Below, piece after piece: positions 1 to 13,393 of a DNA stretch of 64,000 nucleotides. The stretch is from Macrostomum lignano (Eukaryota). The stretch lies in NCBI GenBank assembly GCA_002269645.1, contig NIVC01000494.1:372001-436000 (forward strand), given 5' to 3'. How positions within the stretch are numbered: position 1 is the first letter of the stretch; the number at the start of each line of letters is the position of its first letter. Made by a program: the position numbers and the translations under genes. The notes under the pieces were generated by a model. It was not told the DNA's origin. It saw only the letters and a list, made by a program, of their open reading frames with translations, and did not search any database.

Positions 1-388
1 TCTCTGCCTGTCTGCCTGTCTGTCTCTGCCTGTCTGCCTGTCTTTCTGCCTGCCTGTCTGTCTCTGCCTGTCTGCCTGTCTGTCTCTGCCTGTCTGCCTG
101 TCTGTCTCTGCCTGTCTGCCTGTCTGTCTGTCTGCCTGTCTGTCTGTCTGTCTGCCTGTCTGTCTTTCTGCCTGCCTGTCTGTCTCTGCCTGTCTGCCTG
201 TCTGTCTCTGCCTGTCTGCCTGTCTTTCTGCCTGCCTGCCTGTCTCTGCCTGTCTGCCTGTCTGTCTCTGCCTGTCTGCCTGTCTTTCTGCCTGCCTGTC
301 TGTCTCTGCCTGTCTGCCTGTCTGTCTGTCTGCCTGTCTGTCTCTGCCTATATGCCTGTCTGTCTGTCTGCCTGCCTGTCTGTCTGTC
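1..388. repeat. Compound (TCTG/CCTG)n microsatellite
   Basis: Continuous tctg/cctg units from the window start to about 388. Confidence 0.95.
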
Positions 389-939
389 CTGTTGAAACGC
401 GGAGCAGGCAGCCCCAAGCCGGGCAGGCAGTGAGCGGGCAATCCGGCAGAGGTCAAGCCAGTAAATCATCAACAAGCGAGGCCGCCCAGCCGCAGCGGGA
501 GCAGTGAAATGAGTCGCCCGCAATGCTAGGCTAGCAGAAATGAAATCAGGAATGATCACAGTCCGGGCGGCAGTCAACATGGCAGTCGGTTTCCATCAGG
601 AGGGCGGCCGGATGCCCCGCGCAGACCCGCACATGACCTTCACGCACGGGTGCCCAATTCAGAGTCTCTGTTCTGCTCCACCTCATCTGTGATGCTGAGG
701 CGACCTGACGGAGTTACTGCATCAGTAAGTGTGCAGGCTCTCTGACTCTCTGACTCCCTTATTCTTATTCTATCTCTGCCCGCTCTCTGCTCCTGTCTTC
801 AGGTCAAAAATCGGAGCCTAAGCTACTTAGATAAGAATATATAAGAAAATATGACACTCTCATGGAATAGGAAAGATCAAGGCAGACTGCTGGTCCGTAA
901 TAGTGATAAGGGCCGTCATTAGGAAGATGCGAGAATGTC

Positions 940-1140
940 AGGAAAGGTGACAGGATGTCAGAAGAGGTGATGGGTGTCAGGAAAGGTGCCAGGATGTCAG
1001 AAGAGGTAATGGGTGTCAGGAAAGGTGACAGAATGTCAAAAGAGGTGATGGGTGTCAGAAAAGGTGACATGATTTCAGAAGAGGTGATGGGTGTCAGGAA
1101 AGGTGATGGGTGTCAGGAAAGCTGATGGGTGTCAGGAAAG
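940..1140. repeat. 39-bp minisatellite in a copine intron
   Basis: Unit ggaaaggtgacaggatgtcagaagaggtgatgggtgtca, about 4 copies that decay to shorter units. Confidence 0.9.
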
Positions 1141-1252
1141 ATAATAATGGTTCACTGAAGGGTGTCAGAAAATGCCAAAGTAGTTGTAGGCTTCCAAGAA
1201 TCGATAGAGTTTTTCTGACAATATTTCCACGTCGTCGAAACGGGCAGCTCAC

Positions 1253-4200
1253 CTGCCCTTGTCGTTTCGCTTGTCGATGATCATGTAGGGGTCAGACTTG
1301 CCGAACAAGTCCTTTTTATCGAGGCCTCGGCCGTTTAATTTGAGCAGCATGTTTTCCTAGAAAGCGGGGCCGAGGTTTAAGGCTTAACTCAATAGGTAGA
1401 GGGGTATAAGGTGAGGGCCGTAAAGCGCCAGGTGAGGGCCGTAAAACCCCAGGTGAGGGCCGAAAAGCGCCAGGTGAGGGCCGGAAAACCCCAGGTGAGG
1501 GCCGTAAAGCGCCAGGTGAGGGCCGTAAAGCGCCAGGTGAGGGCCGGAAAACCCCAGGTGAGGGCCGGAAAACCCCAGGTGAGGGCCGTAAAGCGCCAGG
1601 TGAGGGCCGGAAAACCCCAGGTGAGGGTCATAAAACCTAAAGTGAGGGTCGTAAAAATCTTAAGGTGAGGGCCATAAAACCTCAGGTAATAGCCATAAAA
1701 CCCCAGATGAGGGCCAAAAAACCGCAGGTGAGAGCCATAAAACCCCAGGTGAGGGCCATAAAACCGCAGGTGAGAGCCATGAAACCCGAGGTGAGGGCCA
1801 TAAAAACACCAAGTTAGGATCATAAAAAACACCCGCCGAATGAGGGCCATAAAACAACAGGTAAGGGTCATTAAAAAACTGGTGAGGGTCATTGAACCCC
1901 AAGTGAGGGCCATAAAACCCCAGGTGAGGGCCATAAAACCCCAGGTGAGGGCCATAAAACCCCAGGTGAGGGCCATAAAACCCCAGGTGAGGGCCATAAA
2001 ACCCTAGGTGAGGGCCATAAAACCCCAGGTGAGGGCCATAAAACCGCAAGTGGGGGCAATGAAGCACCAAGGTATGTAAAATAAGATAAGTCTGCTTAAA
2101 AAGCCTGAATAACAAGGTGAATTATACCCACCTTATTTCCAGCATATTCCTCAACGTGAACTGAAACAGGGATAAAAAAGGTCAATGTCAGAAAATTTTG
2201 CTGCTAAAGCATCAAATCAAATTATTAATTGGTGAATAAAAGCACTCTTCTTTTATTGAACTTCAAGCTCGACAGACTGATAAGCAACAGATATAATCCT
2301 GGCCTGAGGCTAGACCAGATCACATGGAGGTTCATGTAATGGAAGGGTGGAGTTGAGATAGAACGACAGCCAGACAGAATGTGAGCAGCACACGTGGGAC
2401 GTGAGGCATTGATTTTGTTCTGGGTTCTATGGATGGAGGAGAGAGGCTGGGCTGAGTATCAAGTTGCCATGGCTAGAGATGGGGGTGTGGCGCCTCAGTG
2501 TGTTTCTGTGCCATCCTCACATTTTGGTTCGGCATGCCAGAGACCAGGGACGCTTAAAGCTAGAAACCTGGATTAAGAAAGTCAAAGTATACAAGCAAGC
2601 AGCGGGATCTGGAGTAACCATTCTAAGCTACGCTCGTAAGCTCATATTCTCTGACAAAATAAGATCGACTGTCGTTCTTCTGCACAGCGGATGGGCGATT
2701 TTCTCATCGTGTGGAGATAGGAGAGATGGAGTGAAGGAGAGAGAGTGGTAGAGACACGGAGAGGGAGGGAGAGAGGGAGAGAGAGGAACAGCAGAAGAGA
2801 GAGAGGAAGACAAAGGCAGAGGGATGGAGGCAGAGGGAGAGGGAGATAGACAGGGAGACAGAGGGGGGAAGGAAGAGAGAGGGGGAGGGGAGAGACGGAG
2901 GCAGAGAAAGAGAAAGGAAGAGAGAAGTAAAGAGGGAGAGAGAGAGGGAGACAGGGGGAGAGAGATGGAGAGAGGTAGAGAGAGAGGGGAGAGGTAGTGT
3001 CGCGACTTTCCTAGTCATTTCTTTAGTTCACCTTCACTTGTCTCTGTTTACTCTGTTTTCTCTCTTCTCTGTCCAGCTCAATCTTGTTATTCTTATCTCT
3101 CTCTCCCTTGCTGCCTTCTGATTGGCTCTCCATTCTCGCCTCTCTCTTCAGTCGCGCACTCCACCCCCTCTCTTTATTATTCTAGGCTCAACCCCCCAAA
3201 GTTAAATGTTCTATAAATATATCGGTTTGGGCCCTGCGCCCACTTACTGCTCCTTCAATTTAACTCCAATTAAATAGTTTTTAGTTTAGTTAGTACTTTT
3301 TCTACAGGTAGAGAAGGAGAGGTAGAGACAGGGGAGAGGTAGAGAGGGGAGAGGTAGAGAGAGAGAGGGGAGCGGTAGAGAGGCGAGAGAAGTAGAGAGG
3401 GGGAGAGGTAGAGGAGGCGGGAGAGGTAGAGAGAGAGGGGGGGAGAGATAGAGAGGGGGAGAGGTAGAGAGAGAGAGAGAGGAGGAGAGATAGAGAGGGG
3501 GAGAGATAGAGAGGGGGAGAGGTAGAGAGAGAGAGGGGGGAGAGATAGAGAGGGGAGAGGTAGAGAGGGGAGAGGTAGAGAGAGAGAGGGGGGGAGAGAT
3601 AGAGAGGGGGAGAGGTAGAGAGAGAGAGGGGGGAGAGATAGAGAGGGGAGAGGTAGAGAGGGGAGAGGTAGAGAGAGAGGGGGTAGATAGAGGGAGAGGT
3701 AGAGGAGGCGGGAGAGGTAGAGAGAGAGAGGGGGGAAAGATAGAGAGGGGAGAGGTAGAGAGGGGAGAGGTAGAGAGAGAGAGAGAGGGGGGAGAGATAG
3801 AGAGGGGGAGAGGTAGAGAGGGGAGAGGTAGAGAGAGAGAGAGGAGGAGAGATAGAGAGGGGGAGAGATAGAGGGGGAGAGGTAGAGAGAGAGAGAGGAG
3901 GAGAGATAGAGAGGGGGAGAGGTAGAGAGGGGAGAGGTAGAGAGAGAGGGGGTAGATAGAGGGAGAGGTAGAGGAGGCGGGAGAGGTAGAGAGAGAGAGG
4001 GGGGGAAAGATAGAGAGGGGGAGAGGTAGAGAGGGGAGAGGTAGAGAGAGAGAGAGAGGGGGGGAGAGATAGAGAGGGGGAGAGGTAGAGAGGGGAGAGG
4101 TAGAGAGAGAGAGGGGGAGATAGAGAGGGGGAGAGGTAGAGAGGGAGAGGTAGAGAGAGAGGGGGGGGAGATAGAGAGGGGGAGAGGTAGAGAGGGGAGA

Positions 4201-6311
4201 GGTAGAAAGAGAGGGGGTAGATAGAGGGAGAGGTAGAGGAGGCGGGAGAGGTAGAGAGAGAGAGAGGGGGGAGAGATAGAGAGGGGGAGAGGTAGAGAGG
4301 GGAGAGGTAGAGAGAGAGAGAGAGGGGGGAGAGATAGAGAGGGGGAGAGGTAGAGAGGGGAGAGGTTAAGAGAGAGAGGGGGAGAGATAGAGAGGGGGAG
4401 AGAAAGAGAGGGGAGAGGTAGAGAGAGAGAGGGGGGAGAGATAGAGAGGGGGAGAGAAAGAGAGGGGAGAGGTAGAGAGAGAGAGGGGGGAGAGATAGAG
4501 AGGGGGAGAGAAAGAGAGGGGAGAGGTAGAGAGAGAGAGGGGGGAGAGATAGAGAGGGGGAGAGGTAGAGAGGGGAGAGGTAGAAAGAGAGAGGGGGGAG
4601 AGATAGAGAGGGGGAGAGGTAGAGAGGGGAGAGGTAGAGAGAAAGGGGGGAGAGATAGAGAGGGGGAGAGGTAGAGAGGGGAGAGGTAGAAAGAGAGGGG
4701 GTAGATAAAGGGAGAGGTAGAGTAGGCGGGAGAGGTAGAGAGGGGAGAGGTAGAGGAGGCGGGAGAGGTAGTGAGGGGAGAGGTAGAGAGAGAGGGGTAG
4801 ATAAAGGGAGAGGTAGATGAGGCGGGAGAGGTAGAGAGAGAGAGGGGGGGAAAGATAGAGAGGGGGAGAGGTAGAGAGGGAGAGGTAGAGAGAGAGAGAG
4901 AGGGGGAGAGATAGAGAGGGGGAGAGGTAGAGAGGGAGAGGTAGAGAGAGAGAGGGGGAGAGATAGAGAGGGGGAGAGAAAGAGAGGGAGAGGTAGAGAG
5001 AGAGAGGGGGAGAGATAGAGAGGGGAGAGAAAGAGAGGGGAGAGTAGAGAGAGAGAGGGGGGAGAGATAGAGAGGGGGAGAGAAAGAGAGGGGAGAGGTA
5101 GAGAGAGAGAGGGGGGAGAGATAGAGAGGGGAGAGGTAGAGAGGGAGAGGTAGAAAGAGAGAGGGGGGAGAGATAGAGAGGGGGAGAGGTAGAGAGGGGA
5201 GAGGTAGAGAGAGAGGGGGGGAGAGATAGAGAGGGGGAGAGGTAGAGAGGGGAGAGGTAGAAAGAGAGGGGGTAGATAAAGGGAGAGGTAGAGTAGGCGG
5301 GAGAGGTAGAGAGGGGAGAGGTAGAGGAGGCGGGAGAGGTAGTGAGGGGAGAGGTAGAGAGAGAGGGGTAGATAAAGGGAGAGGTAGATGAGGCGGGAGA
5401 GGTAGAGAGAGAGGAAAGGAGAGGTACGAGCGTAGAGGCTGACTGGCCTATCTACAGCATTTAAACCGCAGAAGTGCAGTCAGCTTCATCCTTGATTAAA
5501 CGAAGGATCCGAAAAAGAAATCTGTTACTTCAGAAGACTGCGGCATAAGGGTCTCTCCGGTGAAGCCAAGCGTGAGGAGGTGGGGTGTAGGTGATGTAAC
5601 AACCAGAAGCTGAGGCAAACACGCAGACAGAAAGATAATCCATAGTGTTTTCAGTGTACCAGTTTTCCATTAGTTTATTCAGACTTTGGGTGGAAGTCAA
5701 ACGGGCAGATGTGAAGACAGCAAAATAGATAAGTATGTAGCGATCCTTAATAGCAAGAAAAGATTGATGCAGAGACAAACTATAATGTTAAATTTGGAAA
5801 GAAACCAGCGAGTTGAAGGAAAGCGTAGGATATATTTTAATCACTGCGCAAAACTGGGTGAGGGGAGAGGGCCGATGGATGAGAGAGGGCGGGTGGATGA
5901 GGGTAGAGGGCGGGTGGATGAGAGAGGGCGGGTGGATGAGGGTAGAGGGCGGGTGGATGAGGGTAGAGGGCGGATGGATGAGGGTAGAGGGCGGATGGAT
6001 GAGAGGAGAAGGCGGATGGTTGAAGGAAGAGAGCGGATATATGATTGGAGAAGATGGCAGATGACAGATAGATGAAGAATGTAGAGAAAGGGAGTGAGGG
6101 AGAAGATAAAAGGATGAAAAAAAGAGAGAGAGGGACAGAGAGAGGGAAGAGGGAGATAGAGGCAGAGAGTGGGGGAGAGAGGGAGATAGAGGCAGAGAGT
6201 GGGGGAGAGAGGGAGATAGAGGCAGAGAGAGAGGTGGAGAGAGGGGGAAGATAGGGAGAGAGAGGGAGTGAGAGGGAAAGAGGGAAAGAGAGGGAGAGAG
6301 AGGGAGAGAGA

Positions 6312-6368
<57 letters not shown>

Positions 6369-8111
6369 CAGGAGAGAGGGAGAGAGGGAGAGAGAGGCAG
6401 AGAGAGGTGGAGAGGTACAGAGGGACAGTATGGAAGTCCGGAGAACAGCCAAAACAGATTAGATAAAAAGCAATGAAAATAGACAGAGACAAGTAATAAC
6501 AAAAACGATCGTTGATAGTACAGGCAAAGCACAGAGAACGCATTGAGAACGAGAACAGGAATGCTTTAAGAAACGAAAGCAAAAACACGGTAAGCCGGGG
6601 TAATTTTAGCATTCAATATTCGATAGAGCAGCTGGTACAGATAATGCAAGGGGTAGCCATCCATTAGACCCTTAATGGAGAGATCGGCTCAATAAAGCCT
6701 ATTGACCTAACAATTATTGACGCAACAGTTAGCAGAACATTCGCTAAGAAAAGATGCGATCTTTTTTTAAGTGCCGCTACTGCTGTTGCAGCTGCAGAAG
6801 AGGACCAGATCAGATGGCAGAGGCAACAGTTATATACTCTCATGAGACACTGTCCATCTGACAGCGAGCAGTCTTCAGTACACGCATATGCAGCACAGAC
6901 TTTTCGGATGAAGAAGAGAGTCTGTCTGTCTGAGAGATTAGATCAGAGGTACAGACCACCATAGAGAGAGTAGATCAGAAGTAGAGACCACCATAGAGAG
7001 AGAGTACATCAGAGGTAGAGACCAACATAGAGAGAGTAGATCAGAGGTACAGACCACCATAGAGAGAGTAGATCAGAAGTAGAGACCACCATAGAGAGAG
7101 AGTACATCAGAGGTAGAGACTACCATAGAGAGAATAGATCAGAGGTAGAGACCAGCATAGAGAGAGTAGATCAGAGGTAGAGACCAGCATAGAGAGAGTA
7201 GATCAGAGGTAGAGACCACCATAGATAGAGTAGATCAGAGGTAGAGACCACCATAGATAGAGTAGATCAGAGGTAGAGACCAGCATAGAGAGAGTAGATC
7301 AGAGGTAGAGACCACCATAGAGAGTAGATCAGAGGTAGAGACCCCCATAGAGCGTAGATCAGAGGTAGAGAGCACCATAGAGAGAGTAGATTAGAGGTAG
7401 AGACCACCATAGAGAGAGAGAGTAGATCAGAGGTAGAGACCACCATAGGGAGAGTAGATCAGAGGCAGATACCACCATAGAGAGGGTAGATCAGAGTTAG
7501 AGACCACCATAGAGTGAGTAGATCAGAGGTAGAGACCACCATAGAGTGAGTAGATCAGAGGTAGAGACCACCATAGAGTGAGTAGATCAGAGGTAGAGAC
7601 CACCATAGGGAGAGTAGATCGGAGGCAGAGCCTATAACTAGTCAGTAACAATGAGCAGTCGCAAAGCGAATCGCAGGAACTTACTTGTGCACACAGCCGG
7701 ACTGGACGAGCTGCGGGATCGCAATGGGAAATCGAGGAGGAATTAAATTACGCAATAATTTTCAATTTTAAACGCTTTCGCATAAAATTTAGTTGCCATG
7801 GGAACAATGCATCGCAGATGGACGCACCAGAGTTGACAGTCGAGCGATCCGCCGCTGTGAATCAGGTGGCCCAGGCTGACTGTGCACGAGCCGATCACTT
7901 TGCGCTGAGAAAAATGGGAATTACTCATATCGATGAACTATTTGCGACATGCGAAACACAAGTAAATTATAACAATAAGGAATACTAAGACTCTGGCTTA
8001 CACTGGCTGCTCTGGAGGAATGATCGTCCATTGCGCAGTGGCTGGAATTTTATTTACAAAGCCGTGTTAGAGAGATTTTGCATACTCAGATAGATAGACA
8101 GATAGATAGAG

Positions 8112-8159
<48 letters not shown>

Positions 8160-8161
8160 AT

Positions 8162-8193
<32 letters not shown>

Positions 8194-8231
8194 CACAAAC
8201 AAACAATGCATAGAAAGACAGACAGACAGAT

Positions 8232-8276
<45 letters not shown>

Positions 8277-9221
8277 CGCCAGACTCACATTTCCAGCTCG
8301 ATCATCTGTCTCTCCTCAAACTTATAGCTAGTTATGAGCGGTATTGAGTAGGTGGGGTTGTGCGTCTTGTCCACAGTCTCAGTAGTCACAGTCTGTGGAA
8401 AAATGAGGTAATGTACACTCAGCTGTGAGATTATCGTAGCAGCTTGTTGGCTGGCTGTAAAAAGTGCATGTTTATGTCTGCCATGAAGTAAGTAAGTAAG
8501 AGGCAGTTTCAATAGAGACCCGACCCCGCCGCCACGAATGGCAGCCTGAAGTATTGGAAACTGCTCAGATACGGAATGTCCGCTTCTCGAGTCTCAGTCC
8601 GAGCTTTAAGCCTGTTGCCAGCGCGAGAGAGAACACTAAGCCAGCCTCAATTTGCAGCCTCCAGTTCCTTCTCATCATCACCATCATCATTATTCTCTTT
8701 CAAGGTCCTCCTCTCTTTCTCGTCATCTTTCTTCCCCCTTCTCAGTTTCTCTTGAGCTTCTCTTGCTATCCTCGAGGGGTTTTAGGCCAGTCTTCTTCCA
8801 CTCTAAAGTATTTTAGTTACAACGCGGGACCTAGAAATATTTATATACATGGCCGCACACTCGGAACCAGATGTGAGCAATAAGTTCATTATGCATGCGG
8901 ATAGCCAATGTTATACACTCGTAATCCATCTAAATTGCCCGCCTCCGTCTGAAAAAGTCTGAGCAGCGAGCAGTACTTTCAGTTCATGTTTATGTACAAG
9001 CTGATAGCTACCATATGACTTCTGTTTTATTACCATGAATAGTTTTAGTTAGTTAGTTAGTTAGTTAGCCAGTTAGTTAGTGAGTTAGTTAGTTAGTTAG
9101 TTGGTTAGTTAGTTAGTTGGTTAGTTATTTAGTTAGTTAGTTGGTTAGTTGGTTAGTTAGTTAGTTGGCTAGTTAGTTAGTTAGTTAGCTAGTTAGTTAG
9201 TTATTTAGTTAGTTAGTTAGC

Positions 9222-9260
<39 letters not shown>

Positions 9261-9323
9261 CTAGTTAGTTAGTTATTTAGTTAGTTAGTTAGCTAGTTAG
9301 TTAGTTAGTTAGTTAGTTAGTTG

Positions 9324-9356
<33 letters not shown>

Positions 9357-9357
9357 C

Positions 9358-9392
<35 letters not shown>

Positions 9393-9410
9393 CTAGTTAG
9401 TTAGTTAGTC

Positions 9411-9447
<37 letters not shown>

Positions 9448-9483
9448 AGTTAGTTAGTTAGTTAGCTAGTTAGTTAGTTAGTC

Positions 9484-9520
<37 letters not shown>

Positions 9521-9539
9521 AGTTAGTTAGTTAGTTAGC

Positions 9540-9586
<47 letters not shown>

Positions 9587-9600
9587 CTAGTTAGTTAGTC

Positions 9601-9631
<31 letters not shown>

Positions 9632-9652
9632 CAAGTTAGTTAGTTAGTTAGC

Positions 9653-9698
<46 letters not shown>

Positions 9699-12600
9699 TT
9701 TATATATTTATTTATTTAGTTAATTAGTTAGTTAAGTTAGTTAGATATTTAGTTAGTTCTTATGAAATTCCCTTGAACAGTAAAATTAGATTTATTCACT
9801 GCAAACAGCACTCACATCTTTCTCCGTCATGTAGCTGCCGCTGTGCAGGGCGATGACGGCAAACGAGCGGTCCACTGGGAGGTCCCTGGAAAGATTGAAT
9901 TCAGCGGTAAAATTTAAATCCACTACACATGGGGAGAATTTAGCCTTGTGATTGTATTGCGACACAGTTTGGTATAACAGTACGTATGCAGCAGGTTAGA
10001 ATATTACTATGTATCTCGTTAATTACAGTTAATCACACTTCAATACATCGAAACCCTACAGAAATTTTGGTAAAAAATCGTTTTGAAGGCCGATTTCGAC
10101 AGAGATCAGCCTTAAACACCTTGTTGAAACTCAAGCAGAGTTTTTTTTAATTTCTCCATTTAATAAGATCTGCATAATATAGAAGTCAATACTGCATACT
10201 ATTATATATTGTACTAATTAGTCTGCGATTTTATTTTACAGAAACAGTATAACAATAGATTAAGAATGGGCATAAAAACCCCTCAGCCAGTTTTAACCAG
10301 TCCAGGCCAGGGTTTAGGAGAACAATAGACTTTAGCAGAGCTTAGAAGTGGAATATACTTGCACTTGCAGCATGTAATGCGGTACTCATGCAAAAAAACA
10401 GAGCGCTATGCTTACCAGCGTATAATCTCAAAAACCGTTCTAACAGCCAACTAAGGAAAAGAGTGCACGTGCACGTGATCTTACTACTAAGTAAATCACA
10501 AACTATTCAAACACAAAGTTCGGATTACACCGCTGCATCTTTGCAACTACGAGTAACTGTAAGCCCGAAGAATCCCATTCTTTTCAGCTTTTACCTTGCT
10601 TATCCTAATCTACGGCAGCCCATACGCCTGTCTGTCTGTCAGTCTGTGTGTCTGTGTGTCCGTATGTCTGTCTGTCTTAGTGTCTGTCTGTGTGTCTGTG
10701 TGTCTGTGTGTCCGTATGTTTGTGTGTCTTAGTGTCTGTGTGTCTGTGTGTCCGTATGTTTGTGTGTCTTAGTGTCTGTGTGTCTGTGTGTCCGTATGTC
10801 TGTGTGTCTGTCTGTGTGTCTGTGTGTCTGTGTGTCCGTATGTTTGTGTGTCTTAGTGTCTGTGTGTCTGTGTGTCCGTATGTCTGTGTGTCTTAGTGTC
10901 TGTGTGTCTGTGCGTCCGTATGTCTGTGTGTCTGTCTGTGTGTCTGTGTGTCTGTCTGTGTGTCTGTGTGTCCGCATGTCTGCGTGTCTTAGTGTCTGTC
11001 TGTGTGTCTGTGTGTCCGTATGTCTGTGTGTCTGTGTGTCTGTGTGTCCGTATGTCTGTGTGTCTGTGTGTCTGTGTGTCCGTATGTCTGTGTGTCTGTG
11101 TGTCTGTGTGTCCGTATGTCTGTGTGTCTTAGTGTCTGTCTGTGTGTCCGTTCTGTGTGTCTTAGTGTCTGTGTGTATGTGTGCCTTAGTTTCTTAGTGT
11201 CTGTCTGTCTGCCTGTCTGTCTGTCTGTCTGTCAGTCAGTTCTGGTCATTTATTCATCAGCCAGTTTGTCTGCCTTAGTGCCCGTCTGTCTGCGTCTGTC
11301 TCAATAGATTAATGTCTGTCGTTCCGTCCGACTTTCTTCCCATTCTCCCTACTTGAGTATCCGGCCGTTAAACTGCATCTCAGCAATGGCTGGCTGGGTT
11401 AGTTAAAAAAGGATTGCAGCTGAACACATGGCAGCTTGGCTAGTTAAGCAGTGAGGTACATAACCCCTAGCGCTCTCAATCTCTATCCTGCTCCCTTATT
11501 GAGCCCGGCATAGCGCCATCAATCAGCAGAGCTGCAAGTTGCAGCGGCAGCGATGTCTGCATTGACGGAGGCACGGAGACGGAGGAGCACAGGCGAGGCT
11601 TGCTCGCAAATGATGTAAAGAATTTTTTCCTTATTCCTTCTCTCTTTCTTCGTCTCTTTCTCGTCTGGCTCCCTGGTGACCAAGCAGTACAGGCACTACC
11701 AGCTTTCTTACTGCTTCAGGTGAGCCGCGAGAAAGAAAGAGTGTTCAACTACAATCTCAACCCCTCCCCCCGCCTTCGAAGCCACCCACTCAGCTCCGAT
11801 GCTCTGTTTGAGCTCAGTAATTGAGTTTGTTAACGACCAGTTCTGATGATTCTGATAGAGTGGCTGAGTGAGCCAGTGGCGGCCCTCACAGTTAAATAAG
11901 ATCGATGCATCAATGCTGACAATAAAGACGGGGATCGCGGTATCGCGGAGACCGTGATTTGGCCGAGGCTTCAAAAAGAAGAAAATGTCAGAAGCGCGCA
12001 AGTAAATGAAGGTTGAAGCATTAAACCCGGTGTATTTCGCTGGGGAATTAAGCGAGAAGTCGAGGCAGAGTCGAAATTAGGATCGAAGCTTGCGCCAAAA
12101 AGACAAGACAAGAATTCCAGATTGGCTGTCTTAACAGCTTAGAAGCGAGAACGAAATCAAATCCGTTCAATCGATGAAACAAATCTGCCCAGCTCAGGGG
12201 GGGGGCTTCAGGCCTCAAAGGAACACTCAAAGGGCACCAAGCTTTGCAGCGAATTCCCCAGAGAGTAGGGAGATGGCCTTACAAAACCACAATAACTTCA
12301 TTCGAGTTGCAGTCAAGGTCCTGATAAGAACGAGACGCTTTTATGGCGATAGTTTAATCGCGCTCCAGTGTCAGATTGAGCTTACTTACCAGAATCGAAA
12401 TGTTTTCAATCAAGGTAACAATGCGCGAAATTTCCCAGAGTCTCAAGACACTTTAGTATACAAACTGATTTTACTAAGTGAAAATTTCCTAAACTAGGCT
12501 TACGAGGGAATTGCTGAGATGTCAAGGCTCACGGGAGGAATTGCTGAAATGTCAAAGCTCACCGGAGGAATTGCTGAGATGTCAAGGCTTACGAGGGAGT

Positions 12601-13393
12601 TGCTGAGATATCAAGGCTCACAGGAGGAATTGCTGAAATGTCAAAGCTCACGGGGAATTGCTGAAATGTCAAAGCTCACAGGAGGAATTGCTGAAATGTC
12701 AAAGCTCACGGGGAATTGCTGAAATGTCAAAGCTCACGGGGAATTTCTGAAATGTCAAAGCTCACGGGGAATTGCTGAAATGTCAAAGCTCACGGGAATT
12801 GCTGAAATGTCAAAGCTCACGGGGAATTGCTGAAATGTCAAAGCTCACGGGGAATTGCTGAAATGTCAAAGCTCACGGGGAATTGCTGAAATGTCAAAGC
12901 TCACGGGGAATTGCTGAAATGTCAAAGCTCACGGGGAATTGCTGTAATGTCAAAGCTCACGGGGAATTGCTGAAATGTCAAAGCTCACGGGGAATTGCTG
13001 AAATGTCAAAGCTCACGGGGAATTGCTGAGATTTCAAAGCTCACGGGGAATTGCTGAAATGTCAAAGCTCACGGGGAATTGCTGAGATTTCAAAGCTCAC
13101 GGGGATTGCTGAGATGTCAAGGCTAATGAGGGGGAATTGCTGAGATTTCAAAGCTCACGGGAGGGATTGCTGAGATGTTAGGGCTGAAGTCAGAAGCTAC
13201 ATGTAGTTTACTCAAAAATTTGTATTCCATTGTTTGTAGGCTCCCATCGGGGGGGGGGGGCGCTAATTGCTATAGTTTCTACTAAAGCCTGACTAAAAAA
13301 GCACGAGTAGCAATTTTCAACTTACCGACACTTGACTCCGATGACCACTTTGGCGCACTCTCGTTCAGTTGGAGACTTCTGTTGCTCGTCCAT
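1253..13393 (-). CDS. CPNE: Copine (C2A-C2B, expected vWA beyond the window), 5' part, 8 exons
   Basis: Phase-consistent GT-AG exons on minus: 13393-13326, 9885-9816, 8392-8289, 8041-8002, 7904-7828, 7710-7685, 2160-2132, 1356-1253. Spliced product: [185 protein letters not shown] is the copine C2B signature, and TE..NP.Y..Y.FEE.Q matches copine C2A. The last donor GTGAG at 1252 implies further exons left of the window. Confidence 0.9.
1408..2045. repeat. 21-bp minisatellite in a copine intron
   Basis: Unit ggtgagggcc(g/a)taaa(gcgc/accc)ca, about 30 copies. It explains the ALTWGF-type ORFs. Confidence 0.95.
2735..5425. repeat. GA-rich compound satellite (main block 3305-5425, smaller block 2735-3000)
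   Basis: Near-pure purine strand built from gagaggtagaga, gagagatagaga and G-runs. Confidence 0.95.
5860..6420. repeat. 21-bp repeat (gagggcgggtggatgagggta) followed by (GA)n-rich tract
   Basis: Direct inspection. Confidence 0.9.
6945..7630. repeat. About 32-bp minisatellite
   Basis: Unit agaggtagagaccaccatagagagagtagatc, about 21 copies. Confidence 0.95.
8087..8280. repeat. (GATA)n then (GACA)n microsatellite
   Basis: Direct inspection. Confidence 0.95.
9046..9760. repeat. (TTAG)n microsatellite
   Basis: About 700 bp of ttag with ctag, ttgg and tcag variants. Confidence 0.95.
10625..11240. repeat. TG/TCTG-rich compound repeat
   Basis: tgtgtc, tctg and ccgtatg units. It explains the VCLCV-type ORFs. 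Confidence 0.95.
12505..13185. repeat. 28-bp minisatellite in copine intron 1
   Basis: Unit ggggaattgctgaaatgtcaaagctcac, about 23 copies with degenerate ends. Confidence 0.95.

Noticed and set aside
538-725. Plus-strand nested exon (cag acceptor, gtaagt donor)
   Set aside because: The frame is open but has no recognisable homology or partner exon.
8486-8810. Possible decayed RTE-like 3' end on minus (RKRGGP, ctta tail)
   Set aside because: Only a short motif interrupted by stops, too weak to call.
9046-9760. (TTAG)n and the inverse tract at 24387-25514 as interstitial telomere
   Set aside because: The unit is a tetramer, not TTAGG or TTAGGG.
11600-12500. Several 60-107-aa ORFs in copine intron 1
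   Set aside because: No homology recognised and no consistent exon chain.
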